DNA of 64,000 nucleotides from Parcubacteria group bacterium LiPW_15. GTDB lineage: Bacteria > Patescibacteriota > Minisyncoccia > UBA6257 > 2-01-FULL-56-20. Positions 28,967 to 38,645 of the stretch are shown in pieces. Position numbers and translations under genes: made by a program. Under the pieces are notes generated by a model. The model ran no database searches, was not told the origin of the DNA, and was given only the letters and a program-made list of their open reading frames with translations. The DNA is taken from the NCBI GenBank assembly GCA_007375645.1, contig VMER01000002.1:29710-93709 (forward strand), in the 5' to 3' direction. How positions within the stretch are numbered: the stretch's first letter is position 1; every line of letters begins with the position of its first letter.

Positions 28967-29593
28967 CTACCCGGGTCCCTCGGGCATGTTGATTCTCGCT
29001 CGCATCCCCCAGATCTCGTCGAAGGCTCGCTGCGAGTCCTCCGCCCTCGCCTTCTTCAGGTTTCTATCCAGAGCGGAGAGATCGCAGATCTTCTGGAAAA
29101 TACCTGCCCAAAAGATAGGCGGCGTGCCCATCTTGTCGGCCAGCGCCGCGATGTTCGGCTCCGCCACCGGGACGAACGAAGCTCTCGCCGGATACCAACG
29201 GCAAATGGATGTCTCGGAGTAGGTGAGAGCGTTGGAACAGGTTAGGAGGGCGAACCCTCCGGCCTTCAGAAGAAAGAGACACCACTCTTCCTTGTGGTCG
29301 CCTTTGTGGTCGACGAAAACTGGGGTCACCTCGGCGCAGAGAGAGTCGTAGCCGAGGCCGGATCCGAAGACCATCTTTTCGGGGTGAGGTCCGCCTCCGA
29401 CCCAACCCATTTTCTTGCTGACCACTCCGAAAAACTCCTGAAATCCCGAAGCATTCTTGAGCGGACCGAGCATCTCCAGCGCCTCCTGGATTATTTGCGC
29501 CCAGGTATTGCTATCGATCTCGTCGTACCAGTAGGGAGCATCCCTTCCCGCAATCACGGAGATTGGCGATGGTTGTCTCTTGGGCGTACCCAT
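28967..29593 (-). CDS. orphan protein (SD-led unit)
   Basis: TTGATG-17-TATAAC (29666-29638) and AGGAGGT SD before ATG; no recognisable family. Confidence 0.7.
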   Translation of the reverse strand: MGTPKRQPSPISVIAGRDAPYWYDEIDSNTWAQIIQEALEMLGPLKNASGFQEFFGVVSKKMGWVGGGPHPEKMVFGSGLGYDSLCAEVTPVFVDHKGDHKEEWCLFLLKAGGFALLTCSNALTYSETSICRWYPARASFVPVAEPNIAALADKMGTPPIFWAGIFQKICDLSALDRNLKKARAEDSQRAFDEIWGMRARINMPEGPG

Positions 29594-29742
29594 ATGAGAC
29601 CTCCTATTGTGAAGTACCGGCGTACCGGTCTCAGCCTGTTATATCACGCGCCACTTAAACCATCAACACCATCCGCCAAGAAATATTGACTCCGAGTCCA
29701 AGCGGTCATAACATCTTCCTTAGAACACGAAAGGAGATCCCG

Positions 29743-30030
29743 ATGGCAGACGTCTTCGACTCCGTCGACCCCATAAGCCACAACGAGCCAGAGATCATCC
29801 AACTGCTCATACAGCGCAACTCCGCAGTGAGCGATGAGGAAAGGGCAACACTCAAGAAGAGCTACCTGCGCTTGCGCCCAGAGATCGCTAAGGACGAAAA
29901 GGCGCCGGCGTCTCTCGTCCCGGCGCTCGACACGATCTTCGACGTCATACCCGAAGATCTGCCCCCGAAGTCTCTCTGGGAACGAATCGGTGGATGGATC
30001 GAGCGAACCCTTTTCAATTTCGGTCCGTAA
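29743..30030 (+). CDS. small orphan protein (SD-led unit)
   Basis: TTGACT-17-TAACAT (29686-29714), GAAAGGAG at 29729, terminator GCCGCAGG/CCTGCGGC. Confidence 0.7.
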   Translation: MADVFDSVDPISHNEPEIIQLLIQRNSAVSDEERATLKKSYLRLRPEIAKDEKAPASLVPALDTIFDVIPEDLPPKSLWERIGGWIERTLFNFGP

Positions 30031-30121
30031 CCGGATCCGAGCCGCAGGACCCCCCCTGCGGCCTTTTATTGCAATTTTTCTAAATTCGTGCTATAATGTG
30101 GTTGCCTTGAAAATTGAATAT

Positions 30122-30445
30122 GGGGATGCCGGGCTTCGATAATGATGTCCCGCGTGCCTGCGAACCGAGCGTGACCTCGCTAAACTCACAAAAACTTTAA
30201 CTGCCAACTTTAACGTTGCAGCTCCGTCCCGCGCTTTAGCTTACGCTTAAGACCTGACGGCGCCGATTGCTCTGGGTCTCTTAGAGTAAATCCGGTGTTA
30301 TATAAGGAGACTGGCAAACAGCTTTTGATTCCGAACTGTTTGTAAGAAATTGGAATCGTTTCTGCCTGATCTAATCAGACTACGTTCGTAGATGGCTCGT
30401 GTTCTTCATCTTTACACGGCGGTTCGACTCCGCCCATCTCCACCA
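30122..30445 (+). ncRNA. ssrA: tmRNA; tag (A)ANFNVAAPSRALAYA* at 30203-30250
   Basis: GGGGATG...CATCTCCACCA acceptor with G3.U, T-arm GGTTCGACTCC, promoter TTGCAA-17-TATAAT, close to smpB. Confidence 0.95.
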
Positions 30446-30507
30446 AATAAAAAATCCGGGCCTTGCGCCTGGGTTTTTTGTTTGTGGTTATATTTGCGCG
30501 AAGTCGA

Positions 30508-30590
30508 ACGGAGGGGTGGGTCGGAGGGGACGCAATATCGTCCCCTCCGTGGAGGAGATTATTCAGAACCGTGGGTTCGGAAAAGCGAGT
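30508..30590 (+). repeat. dispersed structured repeat element (copy 1)
   Basis: GGGTCGGAG, a hairpin, then core GAGATTATTCAGAACCGTGGGTTCGGA (30555-30581), 25/27 identical to the reverse complement of 41311-41337. Confidence 0.7.
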
Positions 30591-30764
30591 GTCAGCGAGC
30601 GCGTGAGGTTCTCCGCCCATCCCCCGCCGTAAAGAAACAAAAAATCCCTGTTCGGATTTTTATGCTTGATCGACTTTTGACCATATCTCCAGGCTAAGCC
30701 CAAAGGGTTAGGTCGCGTATTTAGTTGTAGATATATTATAACTCTGAATTGACCAGAAAAAAAG

Positions 30765-33700
30765 TTAGTCCGCTTGATCTTCGGCACCTACGGATGCACT
30801 GATTGCTATGCTCGGGGCGTCTAATGCCAGTGCGTCCATTGAAGAGGTAAAGGCATCTAATACCGCATAGACCTTCGGGAGATCCTCTGAGTAAGTGGCG
30901 GCGTAGTTATCTGTTATAACGACCTTCCCTTGTTCGGGCAAATTTAACGCTTTTATTGCGACGCCATTGGCTTTCCAGTAGTCGGCGAGTCTTTTTTTGT
31001 CAATTACTTTAGTAAATTCGCCGATATTGGCAACAAATGCGCGGCCATCAACGGATGCAAATGTGCTCGCAAAATTTATCAATAGATAATCCAAAAAGAT
31101 CTGATAGTTCTGCATATTCGTGTTGGGGTTAAAACATGTTTCGAAGAGGTAATCATTCATATCCTTTCGGATACCATGAGAGTCTCCGCTCCCGCTCTGA
31201 TCGTAATAACCACAACCGATGCCCGAACTAATGATATCGTTGCCAAGTTGATAGGTAATAAACGATTTCGCCCTATTTTTTAGCTTTGCAACTTTATCGT
31301 CAACCTCCTCCTTTGTAATTTTCCCGTCTGTCATTGCGGCATCAACAAACGAGCGGAACTCACTTGCCAAATCACCCAGAGAAAGACTGTCGATTACCTC
31401 AAATAAGTTTATTTTGGGATCTATAAATCGTGTTTTAAAAATTCTAAAAACTTTCTGGGACATCGCGCGCATCTCTTCTATGACGATTGCTCGAACGACC
31501 CCTTCAGTGGGAGCCGTGGGATTATTGTGCTTTGAGAGGGCGCGCTGCAAATTAAATATATCTCCTCCCCGGTCCGCGCTGCAGAAAAGACGGAAGGCAA
31601 GCAAATCATATAAACCCAACACGCCCCTAGACTCTGTCGAGAGCAATTCAATGACACCAACCCCAGCGTGCCTCCCTTCGCCGAAAATCCATTCTGCAAT
31701 TTCAGATATATTTTCCTCCGTATTGGCACCGCGGCGTCCATCTGGGTCTGCCCACCCAGCCTTATCTAACAGCTGTATAAGAAAATACAACAAGTCGTCT
31801 CTGAGCCCGAGCCCCAAGTCCTTGCTGGTGAACAAAGAGTAATTTGCTATATTTTGCAGAAGATACAAAATCAACGAACCGCCAACCCCTGCGCCTGCTT
31901 CCGAGATGCTATTAACGACAACTCTCCAAAGCTGTTCGTGACTTGATTCGCTCTTGGAATAAGAAAATTCTTCGCCACCGAGAACATCTTCGATCTTTTT
32001 TCCTGCAAAAATCTCATTTTTATAATTTAGATAGAATCTATATTGATTTCGTTTTTGCGGCTTGGAAAGTTTCACGATGAGATTGAGATACTCTTCCAGA
32101 TTATGCCCGCCAGTCCATCCGCCCTCGCCGTTGAAACAAGCGTATGAACTCTTTATCTCTTGGGGGACGCTGTCTATCAGGGGAAAATTATCTTTTCTGA
32201 ACCAGTCTTCGGAAACTTTAAGCCTTTGAGATGCATCAAACACCTTGTCAAGTAAAAATCGCGGATTCTCGGTTAATGTTTCGATGTATTTTGTATATTC
32301 AGTGGAATTTTTATATACATTTTTTGAATCCCCGCTCCCCGTTGGGTCTTCCGGGTAGCCAGGAGAGTATGGGTTTGGCAGCGAAAAAAATCCACTTTTG
32401 CCGTAAGTTTCGGAATCATATATTTTGCGAAATATATTTGGATAATTAATATAGATCAGAAGGAGGTGAATTAAATCATGTTTATCAAAATCACTGTTAT
32501 CAAAATCGGTTTTTTCAAGTTCGAACAGCAAAACGGTATTAAGAAGTCTTTTTAGCTTCCTTACGTCGCCGATGAAAGGCAAATATCGGTGATAGTCCTT
32601 CGATTTATATATATCTATAAGGCCACCGATAGCCTTAGAAACAAGCACCGGATCGGCCTGAGAATTTCCGGCCAAGGCCTTAGCCAGATTCTGCGAAACA
32701 TAGTTGGACAAAGTGGCGCTATCAAGGAATATACTAGTTTTTACGTTAATAAATTTCTCAAGAAATTCTGTAACTTTTTCGACACCCGGCTTCTCTCTTT
32801 CCAGCGCACTTATATTGTCCGTGTCATAGCAAAGAACGTATGAAATGTTTGGGAGGGTGAAACTTTTTTTAATGACGAAAAGAACATCCTTAATAGCGGA
32901 GAAGCTAAGCCTATCTAGATCGTCAATAATGATTATTACCTTCTTTTTAGAATCAGATAGCGCAATCTCCAAATCGTCGAAGGCATCGTCAACCGTGTAT
33001 GTCCCCGGGAAGAAATCCAACTTAAGCCCCGACCACGAAAACCCCGCTCTTCCCTTTATTAGCCTGGAATACCTTGATATAAGAGGTCTTATTTCTGGTA
33101 TAAACTCGTTTTTCTGTATGGTCCGAACAAGGCCGTCAACAAACTTTTCTAGTAGGTTTGACCGCCCCTCGTATCTCAGCGGGTTAAAGCGATAAACTAC
33201 CGCCCCCTTTTTATATTCATCGTCTTTTTCCCAATATCCCCTACACAAATTTACGAAAGATGATTTTCCTATGCCCCAAGGGGCGTCTATCCCAAACACG
33301 ATACTATCCGAAGACCCACGATTAAAAACTTTTTCCGCAAACCGTCTTGCGGCGTCCGAAAAGCCCAGCAAATCATCCCCTTCCGGTTTCAATTCGGCAT
33401 CGCTTATAAAAAATGAATGCTCGTTTATTTTTATTCTTTTTTTAAATCTACCCAACGCTGCTTTTAATAGAAAAATTAGGCAAAGAATAAAAGGCAAAGA
33501 AAGCAATGCGAAAATTTGACCAATCGTAAGCGCAGACGCCAGCACTGCATATTGGCGCGAGAAGAACCCTCCAAAGGAAAAATCTACTAAAATTCCCGCG
33601 GATGCAGCAATCGCGATATCCCACCTAGCACTTCTTATTAGCCTAACAAAATCCAAGAAAAATCCTCTGCCGGCTAAATATCCAACAACCAATATCGCGC

Positions 33701-33938
33701 AGGACACAACGATGCTGGAGGCTTCTAGTTCATAGCTCCTGGAGATTATATAGGCGCAAATTTTTAGAGCGACGGGAACAGACAGATACACTACCTCAGA
33801 ACACAAAACCCCAACCCCAAAGGCTTTTATCAGGGCTGTCAGATTTGCCATCCCTATTTTAAAATCTGGAGTTTTTGGCATATTCGCACCTCCAGCATAA
33901 TGCAGCCCCGCCAGAAAGCAATAATTCGTAGCCATCAC
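30765..33938 (-). CDS. KAP family P-loop NTPase with N-terminal TM helices and long C-terminal domain
   Basis: DLLG, DAPWGIGKS Walker A, IIIDDLDRL Walker B, EFLEKF and VRKLKR; exact start uncertain (33938 or 33881). Confidence 0.88.
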   Translation of the reverse strand: MMATNYCFLAGLHYAGGANMPKTPDFKIGMANLTALIKAFGVGVLCSEVVYLSVPVALKICAYIISRSYELEASSIVVSCAILVVGYLAGRGFFLDFVRLIRSARWDIAIAASAGILVDFSFGGFFSRQYAVLASALTIGQIFALLSLPFILCLIFLLKAALGRFKKRIKINEHSFFISDAELKPEGDDLLGFSDAARRFAEKVFNRGSSDSIVFGIDAPWGIGKSSFVNLCRGYWEKDDEYKKGAVVYRFNPLRYEGRSNLLEKFVDGLVRTIQKNEFIPEIRPLISRYSRLIKGRAGFSWSGLKLDFFPGTYTVDDAFDDLEIALSDSKKKVIIIIDDLDRLSFSAIKDVLFVIKKSFTLPNISYVLCYDTDNISALEREKPGVEKVTEFLEKFINVKTSIFLDSATLSNYVSQNLAKALAGNSQADPVLVSKAIGGLIDIYKSKDYHRYLPFIGDVRKLKRLLNTVLLFELEKTDFDNSDFDKHDLIHLLLIYINYPNIFRKIYDSETYGKSGFFSLPNPYSPGYPEDPTGSGDSKNVYKNSTEYTKYIETLTENPRFLLDKVFDASQRLKVSEDWFRKDNFPLIDSVPQEIKSSYACFNGEGGWTGGHNLEEYLNLIVKLSKPQKRNQYRFYLNYKNEIFAGKKIEDVLGGEEFSYSKSESSHEQLWRVVVNSISEAGAGVGGSLILYLLQNIANYSLFTSKDLGLGLRDDLLYFLIQLLDKAGWADPDGRRGANTEENISEIAEWIFGEGRHAGVGVIELLSTESRGVLGLYDLLAFRLFCSADRGGDIFNLQRALSKHNNPTAPTEGVVRAIVIEEMRAMSQKVFRIFKTRFIDPKINLFEVIDSLSLGDLASEFRSFVDAAMTDGKITKEEVDDKVAKLKNRAKSFITYQLGNDIISSGIGCGYYDQSGSGDSHGIRKDMNDYLFETCFNPNTNMQNYQIFLDYLLINFASTFASVDGRAFVANIGEFTKVIDKKRLADYWKANGVAIKALNLPEQGKVVITDNYAATYSEDLPKVYAVLDAFTSSMDALALDAPSIAISASVGAEDQAD

Positions 33939-34246
33939 TCCCTCGGCGATGAATTAGTTTAACTCCTTTGTTGCGGTTGGACGTGCAAAACAGACAAACC
34001 ATTTATATGATTTTCGGAGGATCGGGCTTAATTGATAGTGTTCCCAGAACCGAGAAAGGCAGGTTTTAAACGGTTCACCGTTTCGCCTACCACGCCCGCA
34101 TAACAAAATACTCACCCCTGCGGTGGGTGTTTTGTTATGTGGCACATATTGACGCGGAGTCGAACATAAGTTTGACTAATCTCCGCCGCGGAATATCCTG
34201 TAGTCAGCTCGCCACATATGCCAAATAGTTAGGAAAGGGGTGGCTT

Positions 34247-34432
34247 ATGCCTCTCTCCCTTCAGGAGCGTTACAACCGATATCGACTCGCCGGAGGCGAT
34301 CACGCGGACTTCGTCCTCGAACACGATCTGATAACGGATGACGAAACGGCGGCAAGCTTGAGGCGCAACTTCGCCGATGCGCATCCCGAACGTTCCTTGC
34401 CGAAACGAACCAACCGAGACCGGTCCGAATAA
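34247..34432 (+). CDS. small orphan protein (SD-led, first of pair)
   Basis: TTGACT-16-TATCCT promoter and GAAAGGGGT SD. Confidence 0.55.
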   Translation: MPLSLQERYNRYRLAGGDHADFVLEHDLITDDETAASLRRNFADAHPERSLPKRTNRDRSE

Positions 34433-34442
34433 GGAGGCTCGA

Positions 34443-34658
34443 ATGCCCGGAACAATGCACCACCACCCGGTGTCGGGTGTCCGCCTCTTCGGCACCCGAC
34501 TCCATCCCTACGACAAGCTTCTGCCAACCGATGTTTATGCGGCGCGCACCGGAGAATGGGAACAGTTGCGGGAATCCGGAACCCTGCTCTCGGAAAGCGT
34601 TTGCGCATACATCGTGCGCCCCGAAGGGGCGACCCAGGAAACCGCGCTCGCCGCGTGA
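34443..34658 (+). CDS. small orphan protein ending in ALAA (second of pair)
   Basis: TAAGGAGG SD overlaps the previous stop; ATG 34443. Confidence 0.6.
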   Translation: MPGTMHHHPVSGVRLFGTRLHPYDKLLPTDVYAARTGEWEQLRESGTLLSESVCAYIVRPEGATQETALAA

Positions 34659-34768
34659 GCGACAACAATGGATAGTGTCCGCCAGAGCCAAAGGCAATCG
34701 TCCGCCCGAAATTCATTCGGTCGAGACAGGCCCGAGGCTCTTTTTTTATATTTGCTACAATAAACCAT

Positions 34769-35536
34769 ATGAACCCAACATCAATTTTAGCCCTGCTTCA
34801 GCTTGCTCTGTCTCTCTTGGTCAGTGCCCAAACGAATCCGGCCACAACCGTAGCGCAGAAAAATCTGGCTCTTTCTTTTGCGAATCAAGCCGTTTCTATT
34901 TCGGCAAATTATATTTCCCAAATAAATAATTCGGGGGTTGTCATTGCCCCGGCGACACCGACCGCAACCACCACTCCGATCGTAAATCCTGCTCCGGCGA
35001 CAAGCACGCCCGACGAAATCGCTCCGGTTACAAAATCACTTTTCGCGACCCCGCTCGGTGCGGCGACAAACCGAATCAAGACAAATGTTGATGACCTCGC
35101 GATCCTGAATTTGTCCGCGTCGCCAGCGGGAGGTATTTCCCTTACGACGCTCAGAGTCACCCTCTCCGGAAGCCTCGCCTCATCTTCCTTCGGCAACGCC
35201 GATGTTAAGTTGCTCAACTCCTCAAACGTTGCAATTGGAACCCTCGCGCCCGTTACGTGCAATACCGGTCCAAGTTGCGTTTTTGCCTGGTCCGATTTCG
35301 GGTCGAACGGAATAATCTCCGCCGGCGGAACTCTCATGCTCAAATTAAGGATCGACTCTCTTACAAACACGGCTTCGGCAGGCGCGGGCGTTTCGGCGAT
35401 ACTCTCGGCAGTCATTCAATCCGCCGACGATCTCACCTATAACACCGCGGTAGACGGTTCCGGCGCCACGGTTGGCCTGCCTGCGACGGCAGTTCCCTTG
35501 GTTTTGAATTCTGTTTCTTATTCGCCGGGAACATAG
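34769..35536 (+). CDS. secreted/surface Ser-Thr-Ala-rich protein
   Basis: Signal peptide, PT-rich linker, beta-rich C-terminal domain; ATG 7 nt after TACAAT. Confidence 0.75.
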   Translation: MNPTSILALLQLALSLLVSAQTNPATTVAQKNLALSFANQAVSISANYISQINNSGVVIAPATPTATTTPIVNPAPATSTPDEIAPVTKSLFATPLGAATNRIKTNVDDLAILNLSASPAGGISLTTLRVTLSGSLASSSFGNADVKLLNSSNVAIGTLAPVTCNTGPSCVFAWSDFGSNGIISAGGTLMLKLRIDSLTNTASAGAGVSAILSAVIQSADDLTYNTAVDGSGATVGLPATAVPLVLNSVSYSPGT

Positions 35537-35616
35537 TTCCTGCCGCCTAAGAAACCAAAACCCCCGCCTGAGGGCAGAGGTTTGGTGCGTTTCTGGTTTC
35601 TTTGGATTTACGGCTG

Positions 35617-36183
35617 CTAAACAGTTTGTATCTCGTTATTTGATTCCTGCGCTGCGATCGGTGCTACCGCCGACACAATTTCGGAATCCTTAATTTCCAC
35701 GCGGTCCTTCTTTCTGAACAGAGAAACGGCGACAAGGATAAGCAACAAAATCGGAAGCAAGACGAAAAGCAGTTTCGGGCTCAAAACGCTTGAAGCGCTC
35801 GCCGTCTCTTTGTCGGACGACACAACGCTTGCACCGGAACCATCAAGAAAACCCACCGGCTGCGCCGCCTGCTGACTCTCGATCGGGATAGGCGAATTGA
35901 CCGGCGAAGCGGAAAGTTCGGCGCTCACGGAAACAAGAACTTGTTTTATGCCGCCCAAAGTCACGCTTACCGTTGCCGGATTCTCGATCGGGCTACCCGC
36001 TCCGTTTAACCTGGCTTGAATATCGTTCAAGACGCTATCCAAAACATTCAGGGTCTGTCCGAGAAGCGCTCTGGTCGGTTGGTCCACTCTTTCTATGGAA
36101 ACGGCAGCGTGCGCCGAAGGCGCAAACATTATTGCCATAAATCCAACTAGACCGATAACGCAAAAAAGTAATTTTTTGATCAT
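35617..36183 (-). CDS. surface protein with signal peptide and C-terminal TM anchor
   Basis: MIKKLL...AHA signal peptide; TM near the C-terminus followed by RKK. Confidence 0.7.
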   Translation of the reverse strand: MIKKLLFCVIGLVGFMAIMFAPSAHAAVSIERVDQPTRALLGQTLNVLDSVLNDIQARLNGAGSPIENPATVSVTLGGIKQVLVSVSAELSASPVNSPIPIESQQAAQPVGFLDGSGASVVSSDKETASASSVLSPKLLFVLLPILLLILVAVSLFRKKDRVEIKDSEIVSAVAPIAAQESNNEIQTV

Positions 36184-36293
36184 TGAAATAATAAATTGAT
36201 TTGTTATCGGCCTTTCTAAAGAAACCTACTTAAAAGTGCTGCGAGCCAAACAAACAACTGGCCTTAATATGCCACCAGCCGCCTAAAACATCA

Positions 36294-36435
36294 ACCCCGT
36301 CACCAGATCAAGCGCAATTGGCTTGCTTGCCCGACCAAACAATAAAACTACTTTTAAAACGAGCCCCTCCGCAGGAGCAAAGATAGCTATAATTTCCGCC
36401 AATCAAAAGGGCTAGCGCTTGGCTCGGTGCGGGGT
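36294..36435. repeat. imperfect inverted-repeat element (ACCCCG...CGGGGT)
   Basis: ACCCCGTCACCAGATCAAGCGC pairs with GCGCTTGGCTCGGTGCGGGGT. Confidence 0.5.
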
Positions 36436-36478
36436 CAACCGCTACTCCACTCCCCGGCCATAGGGTATAATCCGACCA

Positions 36479-37027
36479 ATGGGTCTTTTTTATACCGGAA
36501 AAGGAGATAAAGGAGTCAGCGAAGTTTGGGACGGAAAAAAACTGGATAAGACTTCCGTGGAGTTGGTGGCCTTGGGCGACTTGGATGAATTAAATAGTCT
36601 TTTGGGGTTGGTGCGAAGCCGCACCCCGGATAAAAATAACAAGAAAGTTTTGCTCTCCGTCCAGGATGAGCTTTTTACCATCCAGGCGAATATTTATCTT
36701 CTGGCTATCGGCAGGCTTGAGAAAGCCCCTGAACTCGGCGAAGAAAAAGTTAGAATGGTGGAACGCATAATAGACGCATTGGAAGAGTTTGTCGGCCCGG
36801 AGCGTGGCTTTGTCATCTCCGGCGAAGATCCGGAAGAGGCTTGGCTGGATTTTGCCCGCGCCGTTGCAAGGCGCGCGGAGCGCAGCGCGATAGAACTTAA
36901 TAAAAAAATGGCGTTGCCCGAAAATGTTTTGGCTTATTTAAATCGGCTTTCGAGCTTGCTTTTCGCCATGGGCAGAGCTTCCGCGAAAAAACGCGGCAAA
37001 AAAGAAAAGGGGCCATCATATAAATAG
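36479..37027 (+). CDS. PduO-type cob(I)alamin adenosyltransferase
   Basis: YTGKGDKG, GDLDELNS, RAVARRAER and YLNRLS motifs. Confidence 0.92.
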   Translation: MGLFYTGKGDKGVSEVWDGKKLDKTSVELVALGDLDELNSLLGLVRSRTPDKNNKKVLLSVQDELFTIQANIYLLAIGRLEKAPELGEEKVRMVERIIDALEEFVGPERGFVISGEDPEEAWLDFARAVARRAERSAIELNKKMALPENVLAYLNRLSSLLFAMGRASAKKRGKKEKGPSYK

Positions 37028-37051
37028 GCCCCGCCGAAGCGGGGCCAGAAC

Positions 37052-38485
37052 TCAGGGAATGCGGGAAAGGGCGATCGGATCTCTTGCGCGACTGCCTCTC
37101 AGAAGCGCGAGCAGATCTTCGAAGCGGCGACAGCCGGTATCGCTTCTCGCGTTGGCAAGAGCGATGCGGAAATTGTCCTCTCCGGAATCGCGGGTGTTCG
37201 GCGGAAGATTCCACCTCTCCTTGGCCACGATCAGCGTCTGAAGCGCGCGAGATTCGACATCGGCCAAGCTGATCTCGGCATCACCATAGATGCGCCGCGA
37301 GAGGCTCGCAACGCTGATGTCCGGAACCACTCCCTCGTTTCTGTCGTAAACCATGCACCGGAAAAAGATCTCTGCCTTCGGCGGAAGCACCTGTAGACTT
37401 CCGAGGTTCGGCTTGGCCGGCGATTTGTCCTCCGGCGGCGGAATCTCTGCCTTCTTCTTGGCTCCAAGGGTCGAGACTGCCTTAGCTGTCTTCCTGTTGG
37501 TCTTCTTGGGCTTGAGGGAAAGCTCGGTCCGCTCCGCAGCCTTCTCGGGCTCGGGAAGCGTGGCGCGCGCAGGCGGTTTCTTGGCCTCTTGTTTTTCGAG
37601 CTCCGAATTCTCGGGGGCGTCCCAACCCTTTTGAAGCGAGATGACCGAATGAAGTTCCTTGGCCAGAACCGAAAGACTCTCGAGTCTTGCGAGAAGATTC
37701 TTTCTCGAGGACTCGGTCAGGGCGCGGCAGGCCTCTTTCTGATCGCCCGAAGGAAGAGCGAGAAACGCCTTAGCGAGAGGTATGGCTGTGTTAGCCCTCC
37801 AGCCATAGAAAGCCAGAATCTTCCCCAAGATCCCGGCGGGTGATTTCGGAAGCTTGCTGACCGTGAGATTGATGCCATGAGCGGTTTGTCCCAGTTCTCG
37901 CGCCCCAACCGTGAACGCATCGCGGCCGGCGGCGAGATCATGAGCCATGCGGATGAGCCTGCCCTTCTCCCCTCGGTACTGCGCGAGAGAGAGCGCACCG
38001 ACCTGCGGAAGGCTCCCCGTCCGAACCATCTCCTGAATCTCCTCGGGGAGCTCCAAGAGCTTTAACCGGTTCAGAATGGTGAGCTCGGCTCGTCCGGTCA
38101 GTCGCCCGATTGAAGCGATCGTTTTTCCCCGCCCTCGAAGCTTTTTCAAGTACCTGGCTTCGTCAATCGGGTTGAGATCTTTGCGGCAGCAATTTTCCAC
38201 GAGCGAAGCAATTTCCGGATCCGATTCGCCGCTCAGGATGAGACACTCGATGAATTCCCATCCAAGAATTCGGGCGGCCCTTATGCGCCTTTCTCCGGCG
38301 ACAAGGTCGAAATAGCCTTCCGCCTCCGACGGCTTGACCGTCGGCGGCTGGATCAGCCCCTCCTCCTCGATGGAAGCGGCCAGCTCCCTTGTTTCGTCAT
38401 CATCGAACGTTTGTCTCGGCTGATTGGGATTCAGCAGAATGTGATCGAGTCGAACCTCAACCAATTCTTTTCGAGCATCTCTCAT
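37052..38485 (-). CDS. ParB/RepB/Spo0J-family protein with long divergent C-terminus (SD-led unit)
   Basis: NPNQPRQTF, GLIQP, AGERRIRA, ENCCRKDLNPIDEA and HTH; TTTACA-16-TAGAAT promoter, GAAAGGAG at 38502-38495. Confidence 0.85.
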   Translation of the reverse strand: MRDARKELVEVRLDHILLNPNQPRQTFDDDETRELAASIEEEGLIQPPTVKPSEAEGYFDLVAGERRIRAARILGWEFIECLILSGESDPEIASLVENCCRKDLNPIDEARYLKKLRGRGKTIASIGRLTGRAELTILNRLKLLELPEEIQEMVRTGSLPQVGALSLAQYRGEKGRLIRMAHDLAAGRDAFTVGARELGQTAHGINLTVSKLPKSPAGILGKILAFYGWRANTAIPLAKAFLALPSGDQKEACRALTESSRKNLLARLESLSVLAKELHSVISLQKGWDAPENSELEKQEAKKPPARATLPEPEKAAERTELSLKPKKTNRKTAKAVSTLGAKKKAEIPPPEDKSPAKPNLGSLQVLPPKAEIFFRCMVYDRNEGVVPDISVASLSRRIYGDAEISLADVESRALQTLIVAKERWNLPPNTRDSGEDNFRIALANARSDTGCRRFEDLLALLRGSRARDPIALSRIP

Positions 38486-38645
38486 CTTCGAGATCTCCTT
38501 TCCTAATATCGAATTGAAGAACCAAGAACATTCTATGCGCCGCCCGCCAGATGTAAAGCCCTTTGACACTTCCCCCCACTCCGCTAATATACTAAGGTAG
38601 CAATCGAAAGCTGTTCGGCCTCCGGGCCCAAGCATATAACCCGCC

